Positions 1 through 9,313 of a stretch of 50,109 nucleotides of DNA are shown piece after piece. Under the pieces are notes generated by a model that saw only the letters and a list, made by a program, of their open reading frames with translations, was not told where the DNA came from and made no database searches. Positions within the stretch are counted from its first letter, which is position 1. Every line of letters begins with the position of its first letter. The translations under genes were made by a program, and so were the position numbers. The stretch is from an uncultured Fibrobacterales bacterium. GTDB taxonomy: Bacteria; Fibrobacterota; Fibrobacteria; Fibrobacterales; CAWVXU01. The stretch lies in NCBI GenBank assembly GCA_963934255.1, contig CAWVXU010000008.1, positions 1-50,109 of the forward strand, written 5' to 3'.

Positions 1-568
1 TCAGTTAATTCAGTTAAAAAGTAATCAACATTTAAGTTTCGATCCAGTTTGCTAGGTACGAGTGTGATGTGGCTTACTTTTGAGTTCCCCTGAGAAACAA
101 GAAAACACATATTTTTAACAAAAACATGAACTGCCCAAGTTGGGCCTATGGGTCATTTGGGCAATTTTGAACAAATCAGGGTAGATTGAGTGTCAAAAAT
201 CATGCTTAAGGAGTATGAATTCACCTCTGAAAGGCATGGAATTCGTCTTAATTCAACAAATATTCAACAAAAACCAAAAAGAATAGGGTGTTTTTTCACC
301 TCTGAACCCCCGTAGAATAACGGATTGTAATTTTATTTCAAACAAAATAAAATTAAGTGTAAAAAACGTTTTGTTTTGAACTCAATCGAGTATATATTAT
401 CGCAATATCAAAGAATCATCAGACTCTTCTTAAAAATCGGGAAATCTTATAGATTCTCGAGTTTTTGTGCGTGCTAACGCAACGCTAACACCCTCCTAGC
501 TCAACTCTAATGCTCTCCTAACGTAACTCTGTATACGTGTTTTTATAATTGTTTTCGTAATCAAATAA

Positions 569-602
569 TAAAACAAACAAAACAAACAAACAAAACAAAC
601 AA
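569..602 (+). repeat. (AAAC/AAAAC)n microsatellite-like tract in the 5' leader of the first small-peptide gene
   Basis: aaaac-aaac-aaaac-aaac-aaac-aaaac-aaac read directly from the sequence, ending at the AAGAGG Shine-Dalgarno. The equivalent position upstream of the second copy lacks the tract. Confidence 0.6.
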
Positions 603-612
603 GAGGTATAAA

Positions 613-768
613 ATGTTCGCATTAATTTTTTGTTCAACACTGGTAGTCGGAATGATCGTCGCAGTAATAGATATTTTCGTAGAAGAAGCAAATGAAACAG
701 AAACAGACCGTGTCGTTGCAATTTATTCGAAGTTTATCAAAAGACGTCAAGCTCGCCTTAAAGCTTAA
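613..768 (+). CDS. small membrane peptide (51 aa), tandem paralog 1
   Basis: ATG at 613 is preceded by AAGAGG (601-606). 51 codons run to TAA at 766-768. Product is MFALIFCSTLVVGMIVAVIDIFVEEANETETDRVVAIYSKFIKRRQARLKA: one hydrophobic TM segment plus a charged tail. It is below the 60-aa cutoff of the ORF track. A near-identical copy lies downstream. Confidence 0.45.
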   Translation: MFALIFCSTLVVGMIVAVIDIFVEEANETETDRVVAIYSKFIKRRQARLKA

Positions 769-808
769 TTCACTGTTAAAAAAATAAACAAACTCTCAAG
801 AGGTATAA

Positions 809-964
809 AATGTTCGCATTAATTTTTTGTGCAACACTGGTCATTGGAATGATCATCGCAGTAGTAGATATTTTCGTAGAAGAAGCAAATGAAACAACAA
901 CAGACCGTGTCGTTGCAACTTATTCGAAGTTTATCAAAAGACGTCAAGCTCGCCTTAACGCTTA
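809..964 (+). CDS. small membrane peptide (51 aa), tandem paralog 2
   Basis: ATG at 809 with the same AAGAGGTATAAAATG context. Product is MFALIFCATLVIGMIIAVVDIFVEEANETTTDRVVATYSKFIKRRQARLNA, about 90% identical to copy 1 with mostly conservative changes. TAA at 962-964. Confidence 0.45.
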
Positions 965-1032
965 ACTGAGACAATAAGAGCGAGATTCGCTCAAAGGTTT
1001 TACCAAAGATATCTCCTTATCTTTACACATAG

Positions 1033-1067
1033 TTGGCCTCCCCTTTGCAAGGGAGGCCATTGTTATA
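1033..1067 (+). terminator. rho-independent terminator-like hairpin after the peptide gene pair
   Basis: Perfect stem GGCCTCCC(1035-1042)/GGGAGGCC(1051-1058), loop CTTTGCAA, followed by a T-rich run TTGTTATATCT. Confidence 0.45.
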
Positions 1068-1235
1068 TCTGGAGCCCAAATTCACTAAAATCATAGTGGA
1101 CATTTCCTATTAAATAGATTAAATTAACCTCTCTATAAGAGAAGAATTTACTTATAATTACTGCACATATGAGCAATAATGCTCGCAGCTAATTTCTACA
1201 CTACTATATATATGACATTTTAAAGAGATAATGAT

Positions 1236-3611
1236 ATGGAATTTAAAACACTTATTGCCACGGTCCTCAAACTTGAAGAGCCTAAAGTCGCAACAGCAGT
1301 TCAACTTTTTGATGATGGAGCGACCGTCCCATTTATTGCAAGGTATCGTAAAGATATGACGGGTGGTCTTGATGAGACTCAACTACGTGATATCCTGGAC
1401 CGATACGAGTACTTCAAAGAAGTAAAAGACCGTAAAGCGACTATTGTTAAGAGTATTGCTGAACAAGGCATCATGACTCCTGAGATCCAGAAGTCAATTG
1501 ATGATACTTGGGACAAAGTCCGCCTTGAAGACATCTATCTTCCGTATAAACCCAAACGCCGTACCAAAGCGACAATCGCCAAAGAGAAAGGTCTGGAGCC
1601 ACTCTCGAAGATTTTACTTGCGCAAGAAGCTTCTACCAATACAGATGAAGATATCGCTCGTATTTACTGTTCAGAAGAGCACGGTATTACCTCTCCACAA
1701 GCTGCAATCCAAGGCGCTAAGGATATTATCGCTGAGATTATTTCTGAAAACCCTGCATATCGCCAACATTTACGTGAAGTGGGTGAGCTCGAAGCAGTGA
1801 TTGTTTCTAAAGTTCGCAAGGAGTTTGACGGCAAGCCTTCAAAGTTTGAAAATTACTACGAGTTTAGCGAAAAGGTAAAAGACATGCCTTCGCATCGAAT
1901 CCTAGCAATTCGTCGTGGTGAAAAAGAAAAAGTTCTTCGTGTATCCATGGAAATTAATGATGATTCATTAGTGAACTATCTTCAACGCGCAATTGTGACA
2001 GGTGATTCCATCTGGAAAGCACATCTTGAAAAAGCATGTCAAGACGCTTATGATCGTTTGATGCGTCCTTCACTTGAAACTGAAGTTCGTCTTTTCTCTA
2101 AAGGTAAAGCCGAAGATGAAGCATTTATCGTATTTGGCAAAAATCTACGTGACGTACTTCTTGCTGCACCTGCAGGTCAAAAAGCAACTCTAGCACTTGA
2201 TCCAGGTTTCCGCAGTGGTTGTAAAGTTGCAGTGATGGATTCTAATGGTAAGTTTTTAGACACTTGTGTGATCTACCCGAATGAGCCTCAAAGACAGACT
2301 GTTCAATCAATGCAGATTATCAAAAACTTGATTATTCAGTATGATGTCGAGATGATTGCAATTGGTAATGGTACAGCATCTCGTGAGACAGATGCTTTTG
2401 CATCTAAGGTCATTGCAAATCTTGATAAAAAACCGATTAAAGTAGTTGTTTCAGAAGCCGGTGCTTCGGTTTACTCTGCATCTCCAGAAGCGGTCAAAGA
2501 ATTCCCTAAACTAGACGTGACCACTCGTGGTGCGATCTCTATTGGGCGCCGTTTACAAGACCCACTTGCTGAGCTTGTAAAAGTCGAACCTAAGTCAATT
2601 GGCGTGGGTCAATATCAACACGACATGAATCAAACCAAACTCAAAAGAAGCCTAGACCAAGTCGTTGAGTCTTGTGTGAACAACGTCGGTGTTGAGCTCA
2701 ACACTGCATCTGCCTCACTACTTTCTTATGTGGCTGGTATTTCCAAAACAATCGCTCAGTCAATTGTTGATTTCCGTGATTCTAAAGGTTCTTTTGCCTC
2801 TCGTGCTCATCTTTTGGATGTGCCTCGTTTTGGCCCCAAAGCTTATGAGCAAGCCGCAGGGTTTCTGCGCATTAGTGGAGCAAGTAACAAGCTCGATGCA
2901 TCGGGTGTTCATCCCGAAAATTACAAGCTAGTTGAAGAAATTGCCAAAGATCTTGACCTTGAAATCAATACGCTGATTGGCAATAGCGAAGCAGTCAAAA
3001 AAGCCGACAAATCAAAATATCTTGAAAAGGTGGGAGAGCACACTCTGCAAGATATCTTGAGTGAGCTTGAGAAGCCAGGACGTGATCCACGTTCTGAATT
3101 TCAATACGCCAAATTCAACGATAAGATTCAAACCATCAATGACCTTGTGACTAACTCTTGGATGGAAGGTGTAGTGACTAACGTGACTAACTTCGGTGCA
3201 TTTGTAGATGTAGGTGTTCATCAAGATGGTCTGATACATATCTCAGAGCTCGGTGATCAGTATGTCAAAGATGCCAAAGAAGTTTATAAAGTAGGCGATA
3301 TTGTTAAAGTACGTGTACTAGCAGTTGATGCTCAACAAAAGCGTATTGCACTTTCTTGTAAATCTGAAGGTAGCGAAGAAAGTCCAAGACACGGTGGCGG
3401 TGGTCGTCATGCTAAAGGGTCTTCTAACCAAAACCGCGGACAAGGTAGCGGCGATCGCAGTATGCATCAATCCGCTACAATTGCAGACCTCAAACAAAAG
3501 TTCAAAGGTAAAGGCAACGGCAATGGTAATGGCGGCGGACACAATCAGAAAAAAGTTCAACCACAGAAGCCTAAGATTTCTATTAAAGCACTGATGAAGG
3601 GTGGACGTTAA
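1236..3611 (+). CDS. tex: Tex-like transcription accessory protein (YqgF/HhH/S1 domains) with G/N-rich C-terminal tail
   Basis: 791-aa ORF. The N-terminus (TVPFIARYRKDMTGGLDE) and an S1 domain near the C-terminus are typical of Tex. The low-complexity tail GGGGRHAKGSS...GKGNGNGNGGG is unusual. Confidence 0.9.
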   Translation: MEFKTLIATVLKLEEPKVATAVQLFDDGATVPFIARYRKDMTGGLDETQLRDILDRYEYFKEVKDRKATIVKSIAEQGIMTPEIQKSIDDTWDKVRLEDIYLPYKPKRRTKATIAKEKGLEPLSKILLAQEASTNTDEDIARIYCSEEHGITSPQAAIQGAKDIIAEIISENPAYRQHLREVGELEAVIVSKVRKEFDGKPSKFENYYEFSEKVKDMPSHRILAIRRGEKEKVLRVSMEINDDSLVNYLQRAIVTGDSIWKAHLEKACQDAYDRLMRPSLETEVRLFSKGKAEDEAFIVFGKNLRDVLLAAPAGQKATLALDPGFRSGCKVAVMDSNGKFLDTCVIYPNEPQRQTVQSMQIIKNLIIQYDVEMIAIGNGTASRETDAFASKVIANLDKKPIKVVVSEAGASVYSASPEAVKEFPKLDVTTRGAISIGRRLQDPLAELVKVEPKSIGVGQYQHDMNQTKLKRSLDQVVESCVNNVGVELNTASASLLSYVAGISKTIAQSIVDFRDSKGSFASRAHLLDVPRFGPKAYEQAAGFLRISGASNKLDASGVHPENYKLVEEIAKDLDLEINTLIGNSEAVKKADKSKYLEKVGEHTLQDILSELEKPGRDPRSEFQYAKFNDKIQTINDLVTNSWMEGVVTNVTNFGAFVDVGVHQDGLIHISELGDQYVKDAKEVYKVGDIVKVRVLAVDAQQKRIALSCKSEGSEESPRHGGGGRHAKGSSNQNRGQGSGDRSMHQSATIADLKQKFKGKGNGNGNGGGHNQKKVQPQKPKISIKALMKGGR

Positions 3612-3712
3612 GTCTATTCCCTCATATTTTCACAAATTTGAGGGAAAAAGAAAGTTGATTGCTATTGAATATTTGAAATATTCGACAATTTGATTACATT
3701 TGTCCACAATAT

Positions 3713-3786
<74 letters not shown>

Positions 3787-3794
3787 TTTTAAAA

Positions 3795-3828
3795 AGACCC
3801 ACATCAATGATGTGGGTCTTTTTTTTAT
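3795..3828 (+). terminator. rho-independent terminator after the tRNA
   Basis: 10-bp perfect stem AGACCCACAT/ATGTGGGTCT, loop CAATG, then a T9 tract. Confidence 0.65.
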
Positions 3829-4041
3829 TTCCTTTATTGGGGGCTTTAGCTTATTAAGGACAAATGTTAGATAGAAGTAAAGATTAGTGTGATTCTTCCA
3901 GTTTTGCATTGAGAGAATTATGATGCACATTTTAAGATATTCCTGGTTTAATGAGATTTTTGATAGGTTTTTCCTAACAACATATCAAGCTAAAGCCTAT
4001 ATTACTTGGAATAAATTATTCTATTTCCGCTTTGAGACCAC

Positions 4042-5091
4042 ATGAATTTAATCACAAAAATAACGACCCTATTGACGATTTTCTTGCTTCTCCCCAGTTT
4101 AACATTCTCAAAGTCTAAATCAAAAAAGCAGACCAAAGATTACCAACCTAAGAAGATTGGCTATTTGATGAGCTGGCGCGACATCCCGAGTGACAAGCGC
4201 ATCGCAGCATATACTCATGTGATTATGACGGGATATAAATTAGATGCAACTAAACTAGACGGAAGTCTTGATACATCATTTCACACAAGTAATCATAAGA
4301 TTAAAACACTTACAGCCAAAGCTAAAAAGCAAGGTGTAAAAGTGATGATTATGTTGGGTGGCTGGGGCTCACATGCTGGCTTCCCCGAAGCTGCAGCTGA
4401 TCCCAAGAAATCGCTTAAATTAGCGAATGATCTGATTGCATACTGCAAAGCATATGGGATTGCGGGTGTGGACTATGATTGGGAATTTCCCACCAAAGAG
4501 CAATTTAAAGACTATGACTCTATGATGAAAATCACCCGTAAAGAATTTGATAAGTACGGACTATTATTGACATCTGCCATCGGTCAATCGCACATCAAAG
4601 ACTTCACTGAAGACACTTACAAATACATGGATTGGATTAATGTCATGTCATACGATATGCATTGGGTAAGACCGAAACAGACAATGCCCGGTAATCATTC
4701 TCCTCGTGATGTGAATAAACCAAACATTCAAGGATGGTTAGATCGTGGAGTACCTCGTGAGAAAATCGTCATGGGTATGCCATTTTATGTCAGAGGGACT
4801 AACGACTGGGGAGACGCCGTGAGTTACTTTACTATTTATGAAAAATTCAAACCAAGCGATGATCATAATATCGCAGGCGGTTATAATTTTAATGGCTATA
4901 ATACGATTTATAATAAAAGCATCTACAATATTGAGCAGAAAATTGGTGGAGTAATGGTTTGGGAAATCGAGCATGATTTACCAGCGACTCATCCCAAGGC
5001 ATTGATGCATGCAATGAACGAAGGAGTGAAAGATGGTTTGGCTGGAAAGTTTATTTATAGACCAGTGACTAAAGATGTGGACTTGCCTTAA
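4042..5091 (+). CDS. secreted glycoside hydrolase family 18 (chitinase-like) protein
   Basis: Signal peptide MNLITKITTLLTIFLLLPSLTFS. GH18 catalytic motif DxDxE is present in AGVDYDWEFP, preceded by MIMLGGWG. Confidence 0.8.
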   Translation: MNLITKITTLLTIFLLLPSLTFSKSKSKKQTKDYQPKKIGYLMSWRDIPSDKRIAAYTHVIMTGYKLDATKLDGSLDTSFHTSNHKIKTLTAKAKKQGVKVMIMLGGWGSHAGFPEAAADPKKSLKLANDLIAYCKAYGIAGVDYDWEFPTKEQFKDYDSMMKITRKEFDKYGLLLTSAIGQSHIKDFTEDTYKYMDWINVMSYDMHWVRPKQTMPGNHSPRDVNKPNIQGWLDRGVPREKIVMGMPFYVRGTNDWGDAVSYFTIYEKFKPSDDHNIAGGYNFNGYNTIYNKSIYNIEQKIGGVMVWEIEHDLPATHPKALMHAMNEGVKDGLAGKFIYRPVTKDVDLP

Positions 5092-5296
5092 TTTGTGATC
5101 AGTATTTAAAAGTGAGAAGTTTATTTCAAAATCATCTCTCTAATCTTCAGAACTTTCTCAAAGTGATCTAGTTGATGAGTCTGAATTCACCAAGTGGCCA
5201 CCTCCTTGAGTAACTCTCGGTGGTCATTTTTGTTTGCAAAAAAGGAGCCCAATATTCGTGCCCTTTTCCACTAATTTAACATGGAGTAAAACTACC

Positions 5297-5902
5297 TTAT
5301 TTTGACAATTCCAAGAATTCACTATATCTACTTTGAATCATCGACTCGACCTTAAAATAGTTTTCCCAAGTACCTTCAATGACATAGTTGTCTCCACCTT
5401 TTAACACAAAGAATTCTGTGTAATCCTTGAAGTAATTAAACTGTGAATTTTCAAAACTGTAATAATAATACAAGAACGCTTGTGCCTCTTTATTCACATA
5501 ATCTGAGTTGAGTGTTTCAGCTAAGTACTCCATCAAAAATTTAATAGGCGTTATTTTTTGTTCCCTGAGCTCTAAGACAGTCAACTCAATACCTTCAAGT
5601 TCTTCGTCAGTCAGAAAACCATTAAGACCCAGCCAAGTGGCGATAAAGCTAATGTGTGATCCGCCAAAATTTTCATCTTCATTGTTGAAATTTTCAGCTT
5701 CATAATGCCATTTAGCTTTATCATAAACGATGACTTCACCAGAAGGAGGGACAGGTATGACGATTTCATTTTTATGACGATTGAGATAAAGTCTTAGGTA
5801 ATACAATCCTGCAATGATAAAGACATAAACAGTATTGAATCTAAAGTACCACATTAAGGATATTGTGGCGATGAGTGGTAGCCATTTTTTAATTATATTC
5901 AT
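5297..5902 (-). CDS. hypothetical membrane-anchored protein
   Basis: The ORF-track start at 5956 is a TTG. The first ATG (MNIIKKWLPLIATISLMWY...) at 5902 gives an N-terminal TM helix. No recognisable domain. It lies between the GH18 gene and the GH18 3' pseudo-copy on the opposite strand. Confidence 0.5.
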   Translation of the reverse strand: MNIIKKWLPLIATISLMWYFRFNTVYVFIIAGLYYLRLYLNRHKNEIVIPVPPSGEVIVYDKAKWHYEAENFNNEDENFGGSHISFIATWLGLNGFLTDEELEGIELTVLELREQKITPIKFLMEYLAETLNSDYVNKEAQAFLYYYYSFENSQFNYFKDYTEFFVLKGGDNYVIEGTWENYFKVESMIQSRYSEFLELSK

Positions 5903-6190
5903 TTGATTTCTCACACATTTAAAAAGGTACAGATGAGTCTTTCTAATATAACCCAAATTCTAAGTGATTTTCATTAAGGATATTTGCTCTAACTATTTGA
6001 AAATATCACTACTGATCAATTAACCAAAAAATCATAATTCAATGTCAATTCACCACTTGGGTTATTAGGTCATTTGGTTGTAGAAGATGTAAATGCTCTA
6101 AACAAATTAAATGAAGACTATAGAATCAATGCAAAGTGGCCCGCTGTTATTCAATGAACTCAAATATAACACTAGAATTATGTGATTTAG

Positions 6191-6469
6191 ATGATGTGGA
6201 TCAACTTCACCATCTTTGATAAATTCAAGCCAGCAGATGATCATAGTGTTGCCGGTGGATATAATTGTAAGGGATACAACACGATTTACAGCAAGAGCCT
6301 GTATAATATTGAATAAAAAATGGGTGGAGTGATGGCTTGGGAAATTCAACAGGATATACTAGCGGCAAAACCCAAAGCTTGAATGCATGCAATGAACGCA
6401 GATGGTAAAGATGGCTTAGCGGGTAAATTTGAGTATAAGCCCGTGACTAAAGATGTTGATCTGCCTTAA
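6191..6469 (+). pseudogene. truncated, nonsense-disrupted copy of the 3' end of the upstream GH18 gene
   Basis: Translation MMWINFTIFDKFKPADDHSVAGGYNCKGYNTIYSKSLYNIE*KMGGVMAWEIQQDILAAKPKA*MHAMNADGKDGLAGKFEYKPVTKDVDLP* aligns with residues about 265-349 of the 4042..5091 product (FTIYEKFKPSDDHNIAGGYNFNGYNTIYNKSIYNIEQKIGGVMVWEIEHDL...KFIYRPVTKDVDLP). Two in-frame stops and no 5' part. Confidence 0.6.
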
Positions 6470-6503
6470 ATATGTGATTTTGGTTATACCATGATAAAAA
6501 TTT

Positions 6504-6548
6504 AGGGTCTTTCGCTTGAACTTAGCTGAAAGACCCTTATTTCTTTCT
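6504..6548 (+). terminator. hairpin terminator-like element
   Basis: 10-bp stem AGGGTCTTTC/GAAAGACCCT with a 14-nt loop, followed by TTATTTCTTTCT. Confidence 0.35.
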
Positions 6549-6583
6549 AATGTTTCATTGAAGGCTTATTTAAAGGTTCTTAA

Positions 6584-9313
6584 ATGAAAACCGTCACATA
6601 TTTACTTTCACTATTACTGGTAAGTTTGTCTTTTGGACTTGACATTAGATCCAAAGGCTATGGAATTAATCGTGAAGCCGCTGTGAATTCAGCTCTTAGA
6701 AATGCTGTCTCTCAAGGAGTTGGAATGGAACTAGGTTCTTCTACGCTCACTGAGAACTTCATGGTCGTTTCCGACAAGATCCTTACCAAGACCAAAGGCT
6801 ATGTTTCTAAGTACACCATATTAAGTGAAAAGGAAGTCGTGGGGTCCTATGAGGTGGAAGTCCTTGCTGAAGTATCTAAATCAAAGATTAATGATGACCT
6901 AGCTGCAATCAATCTTCTTCAAAAATTCAAGAATCAACCCAAAGTCATGGTACTTTTAGATGAGCGAGCTGAAGGTCAGCCGATGTTTGAGAAAACAGCA
7001 ACTCACAAACTAGAAGAATACTTATTAAGTCAAAATTACACCTTAGTAGAACAAGAGCAGCTTGAGGAATTACGTAAACAAGAGATGGGCCGCAAACGTT
7101 CACCTGAAGAACTTGCCAAAATTGGTTTCAGATTTGGTGCCGACTTAATCATTCGTGGAAAAGTGTCAGCAGGTAAAGCCACTGAACGTAAAGTTTACGG
7201 GACGACGATGCACAATGTTCCTATTCAGTTTAACGCTCGAATCGTTCGCACTGACAATGCCCAAATCCTGGCTTCGACGACTAAACGTGTCAAAAAGAAT
7301 TCCCGTGACGCATTCTCTGCTGCACAGTTTGGACTTGAAGTAGGCGGTGAAGCTTTAGGTAAAGCCCTTTCTAAAAAGCTAGTTGCATTCTGGAAAAATG
7401 AGATCTATAACTCACGATTTGTTCAATTAGAGATTGAGGATTCTAAAGATGGCCTTTCAGATGAGCAAGTGTCATCGTTGAGACAACTAGCCTTTATTAA
7501 AGATGCTAATATTCGCTTTTTCAAAAGAAACTACCATGAATACAATGTTGAGATGACAGGTAATATTCATCAGATGAAAGCCTTCTTTGAGAAAATTAAC
7601 GGTCTAAGTGTCATCGGAATGACTCCCAATAGAATCATCGTAGCCGGTAAAGATAAACCAGCTAAGATTGATTTTGAACCTAAGTCAAAGTCCGTTGAAT
7701 TCACCGAATTCACGATTGATGAAATCTTCCCATCTCGGGTTCAATTTTATTCACAGAACTCTCTAGCCACCATCAAATTTAAGGTCAACTTACCTTCAAT
7801 CAATAGGGTAAAAGTTTCGATTTTTATCCCTGAATTAATGAAGGTACCCTCCGAGATGTTAGTGAATAAAATCACTTCTGATACAGAAAATCAAGTGAAA
7901 GCTAAGTTAGTTTTTGATTCTAAAAAATTGGCAAAATGGAAATCAACACAAGAGGTTCAAGCTCAAGTGAAAATCACTGCCGGTGGATATAAAGAGTCAC
8001 TCAACTCACCAGTTCGTGTGCATCATGTGAACGCGCTTGATTGGCAAGACCTAGAATCTTATGCGAGCTTCATTCACGATAATCATCCAAGTATCTATAA
8101 AGTGAGCCGTCAACTTTCTAAGAAAATGAATCAATCCTCATCACTTCTTAAAACAGTCGATCAATCCATGGCCGCTTTTCAACTCATGGAGTCAATGGGG
8201 ATCAGCTACACCAAAGACCCATCAGGTATTAGCCCTGGTGGACGTATCATTGACCGTGTTCAGTATCCATGGGAAACCTTGAGTAATAAAACCGGTGATT
8301 GTGATGACCTAACGGTTCTGTATGCGTCTCTACTTAGTTCACTTGGTGTACAAATGGCTATCGTGACTTACCCCGATCACGTACTCTCTATGGTCAATAC
8401 CGGTATCTATGCTAAGAATGCCTACCGAGTCAGTATAGATCCATCGAAGTATGTTATTTATCAAGGTCAAGTGTGGCTTCCAATTGAGACGACTATGATG
8501 GGTAAAGGATTTCTCAAAGCCTGGGAAGCAGCATCCTCTGAATACCATGAAGCCAGGAAGATGGGAACTGATTTACAGATTACTTTACTTGACGAAGCCT
8601 GGAAAAAGTATCCTGCTGCTGGTTGGAAAGCAAAAGTAAAAACCAAATTTCCAAGTTCATTCCTAAAAAGTTGGAAATCAGAACAAACAAAATTCTCCCA
8701 ACAAAATGAATCAAATATTAAAGGTAAAATTAAGTCACTCACACGTAAAACTGATATGAAGTCCCAAACTCAACTCGGTGTGCTATACGCTCAACTTGGT
8801 GATTATCCCAAGTCACTCGCTACATTGAAACCTTTGAAATCCAAATCAGCCCAAGCACAAAATAATTATGCAGTTTCATTGATCCTTAATGGAGATGAGA
8901 AGACCGCCATCAGTGAATTAAAAACAATCGAATCCAAGCTTCCAGAGGCCAAAGTCAACCTGGCTCTTTCTTACTATTTGTCAGCGAACTCTGGCAAAGG
9001 ACAAGCTCAGTTTCTTGATAAAATTGAATCGTTATTTAAAACATTACCACCAGGTAAAGCACTTGATCAATTAGGTGAATTTCTTGGCTTAGACTTGGGT
9101 ATGTCAGATGGTACTCGCGCAGCAGAAGACCATTCTAAAGTCGCCCCTAAGAAAATCAATAGACGCACTTTAAGAGAAATGATTCGCAAGAGATTAGCCA
9201 ACAAGAAAAAGGGTGGTAAATCAATAGTCACTTCCATTCCTTTTGGGGGAGTACGCGGTGCAGACCCTGATCAAGTAGAAGAAGTCTCAAACCTATTGGT
9301 ATTTGCTCACTAA
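6584..9313 (+). CDS. secreted protein with transglutaminase-like (Cys-His-Asp/Glu fold) core and C-terminal TPR-like region
   Basis: Signal peptide; TGDCDDLTVLYASLLSSLGVQMAIVTYPDH motif typical of the transglutaminase-like cysteine protease superfamily; helical repeat region after residue ~700. The stop TAA shares its A with the ATG of the next gene. Confidence 0.6.
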   Translation: MKTVTYLLSLLLVSLSFGLDIRSKGYGINREAAVNSALRNAVSQGVGMELGSSTLTENFMVVSDKILTKTKGYVSKYTILSEKEVVGSYEVEVLAEVSKSKINDDLAAINLLQKFKNQPKVMVLLDERAEGQPMFEKTATHKLEEYLLSQNYTLVEQEQLEELRKQEMGRKRSPEELAKIGFRFGADLIIRGKVSAGKATERKVYGTTMHNVPIQFNARIVRTDNAQILASTTKRVKKNSRDAFSAAQFGLEVGGEALGKALSKKLVAFWKNEIYNSRFVQLEIEDSKDGLSDEQVSSLRQLAFIKDANIRFFKRNYHEYNVEMTGNIHQMKAFFEKINGLSVIGMTPNRIIVAGKDKPAKIDFEPKSKSVEFTEFTIDEIFPSRVQFYSQNSLATIKFKVNLPSINRVKVSIFIPELMKVPSEMLVNKITSDTENQVKAKLVFDSKKLAKWKSTQEVQAQVKITAGGYKESLNSPVRVHHVNALDWQDLESYASFIHDNHPSIYKVSRQLSKKMNQSSSLLKTVDQSMAAFQLMESMGISYTKDPSGISPGGRIIDRVQYPWETLSNKTGDCDDLTVLYASLLSSLGVQMAIVTYPDHVLSMVNTGIYAKNAYRVSIDPSKYVIYQGQVWLPIETTMMGKGFLKAWEAASSEYHEARKMGTDLQITLLDEAWKKYPAAGWKAKVKTKFPSSFLKSWKSEQTKFSQQNESNIKGKIKSLTRKTDMKSQTQLGVLYAQLGDYPKSLATLKPLKSKSAQAQNNYAVSLILNGDEKTAISELKTIESKLPEAKVNLALSYYLSANSGKGQAQFLDKIESLFKTLPPGKALDQLGEFLGLDLGMSDGTRAAEDHSKVAPKKINRRTLREMIRKRLANKKKGGKSIVTSIPFGGVRGADPDQVEEVSNLLVFAH

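Noticed and set aside
518-721. 67-aa minus-strand ORF overlapping small-peptide gene copy 1
   Set aside because: Antisense to a much better supported ORF with an SD. Its product is Leu/Arg-rich low complexity of the kind produced by reading an AT/CA-rich leader in reverse. No RBS.
1498-3594. Several 60-100-aa alternative-frame and antisense ORFs inside tex (1498..1800, 2689..2931, 3012..3239, 3318..3560, 3325..3594)
   Set aside because: All nested within the well-conserved 791-aa tex frame. No independent signals.
3787-4041. Integrated mobile element at the tRNA 3' end
   Set aside because: No integrase, transposase or phage-like gene follows the tRNA, and no direct repeat of the tRNA 3' end was spotted. 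The downstream gene is an ordinary secreted GH18. The search was by eye only.
6107-6349. 80-aa minus-strand ORF
   Set aside because: It is the antisense reading of the GH18 3' pseudo-copy. The plus-strand reading aligns to the chitinase C-terminus, so the minus ORF is incidental.
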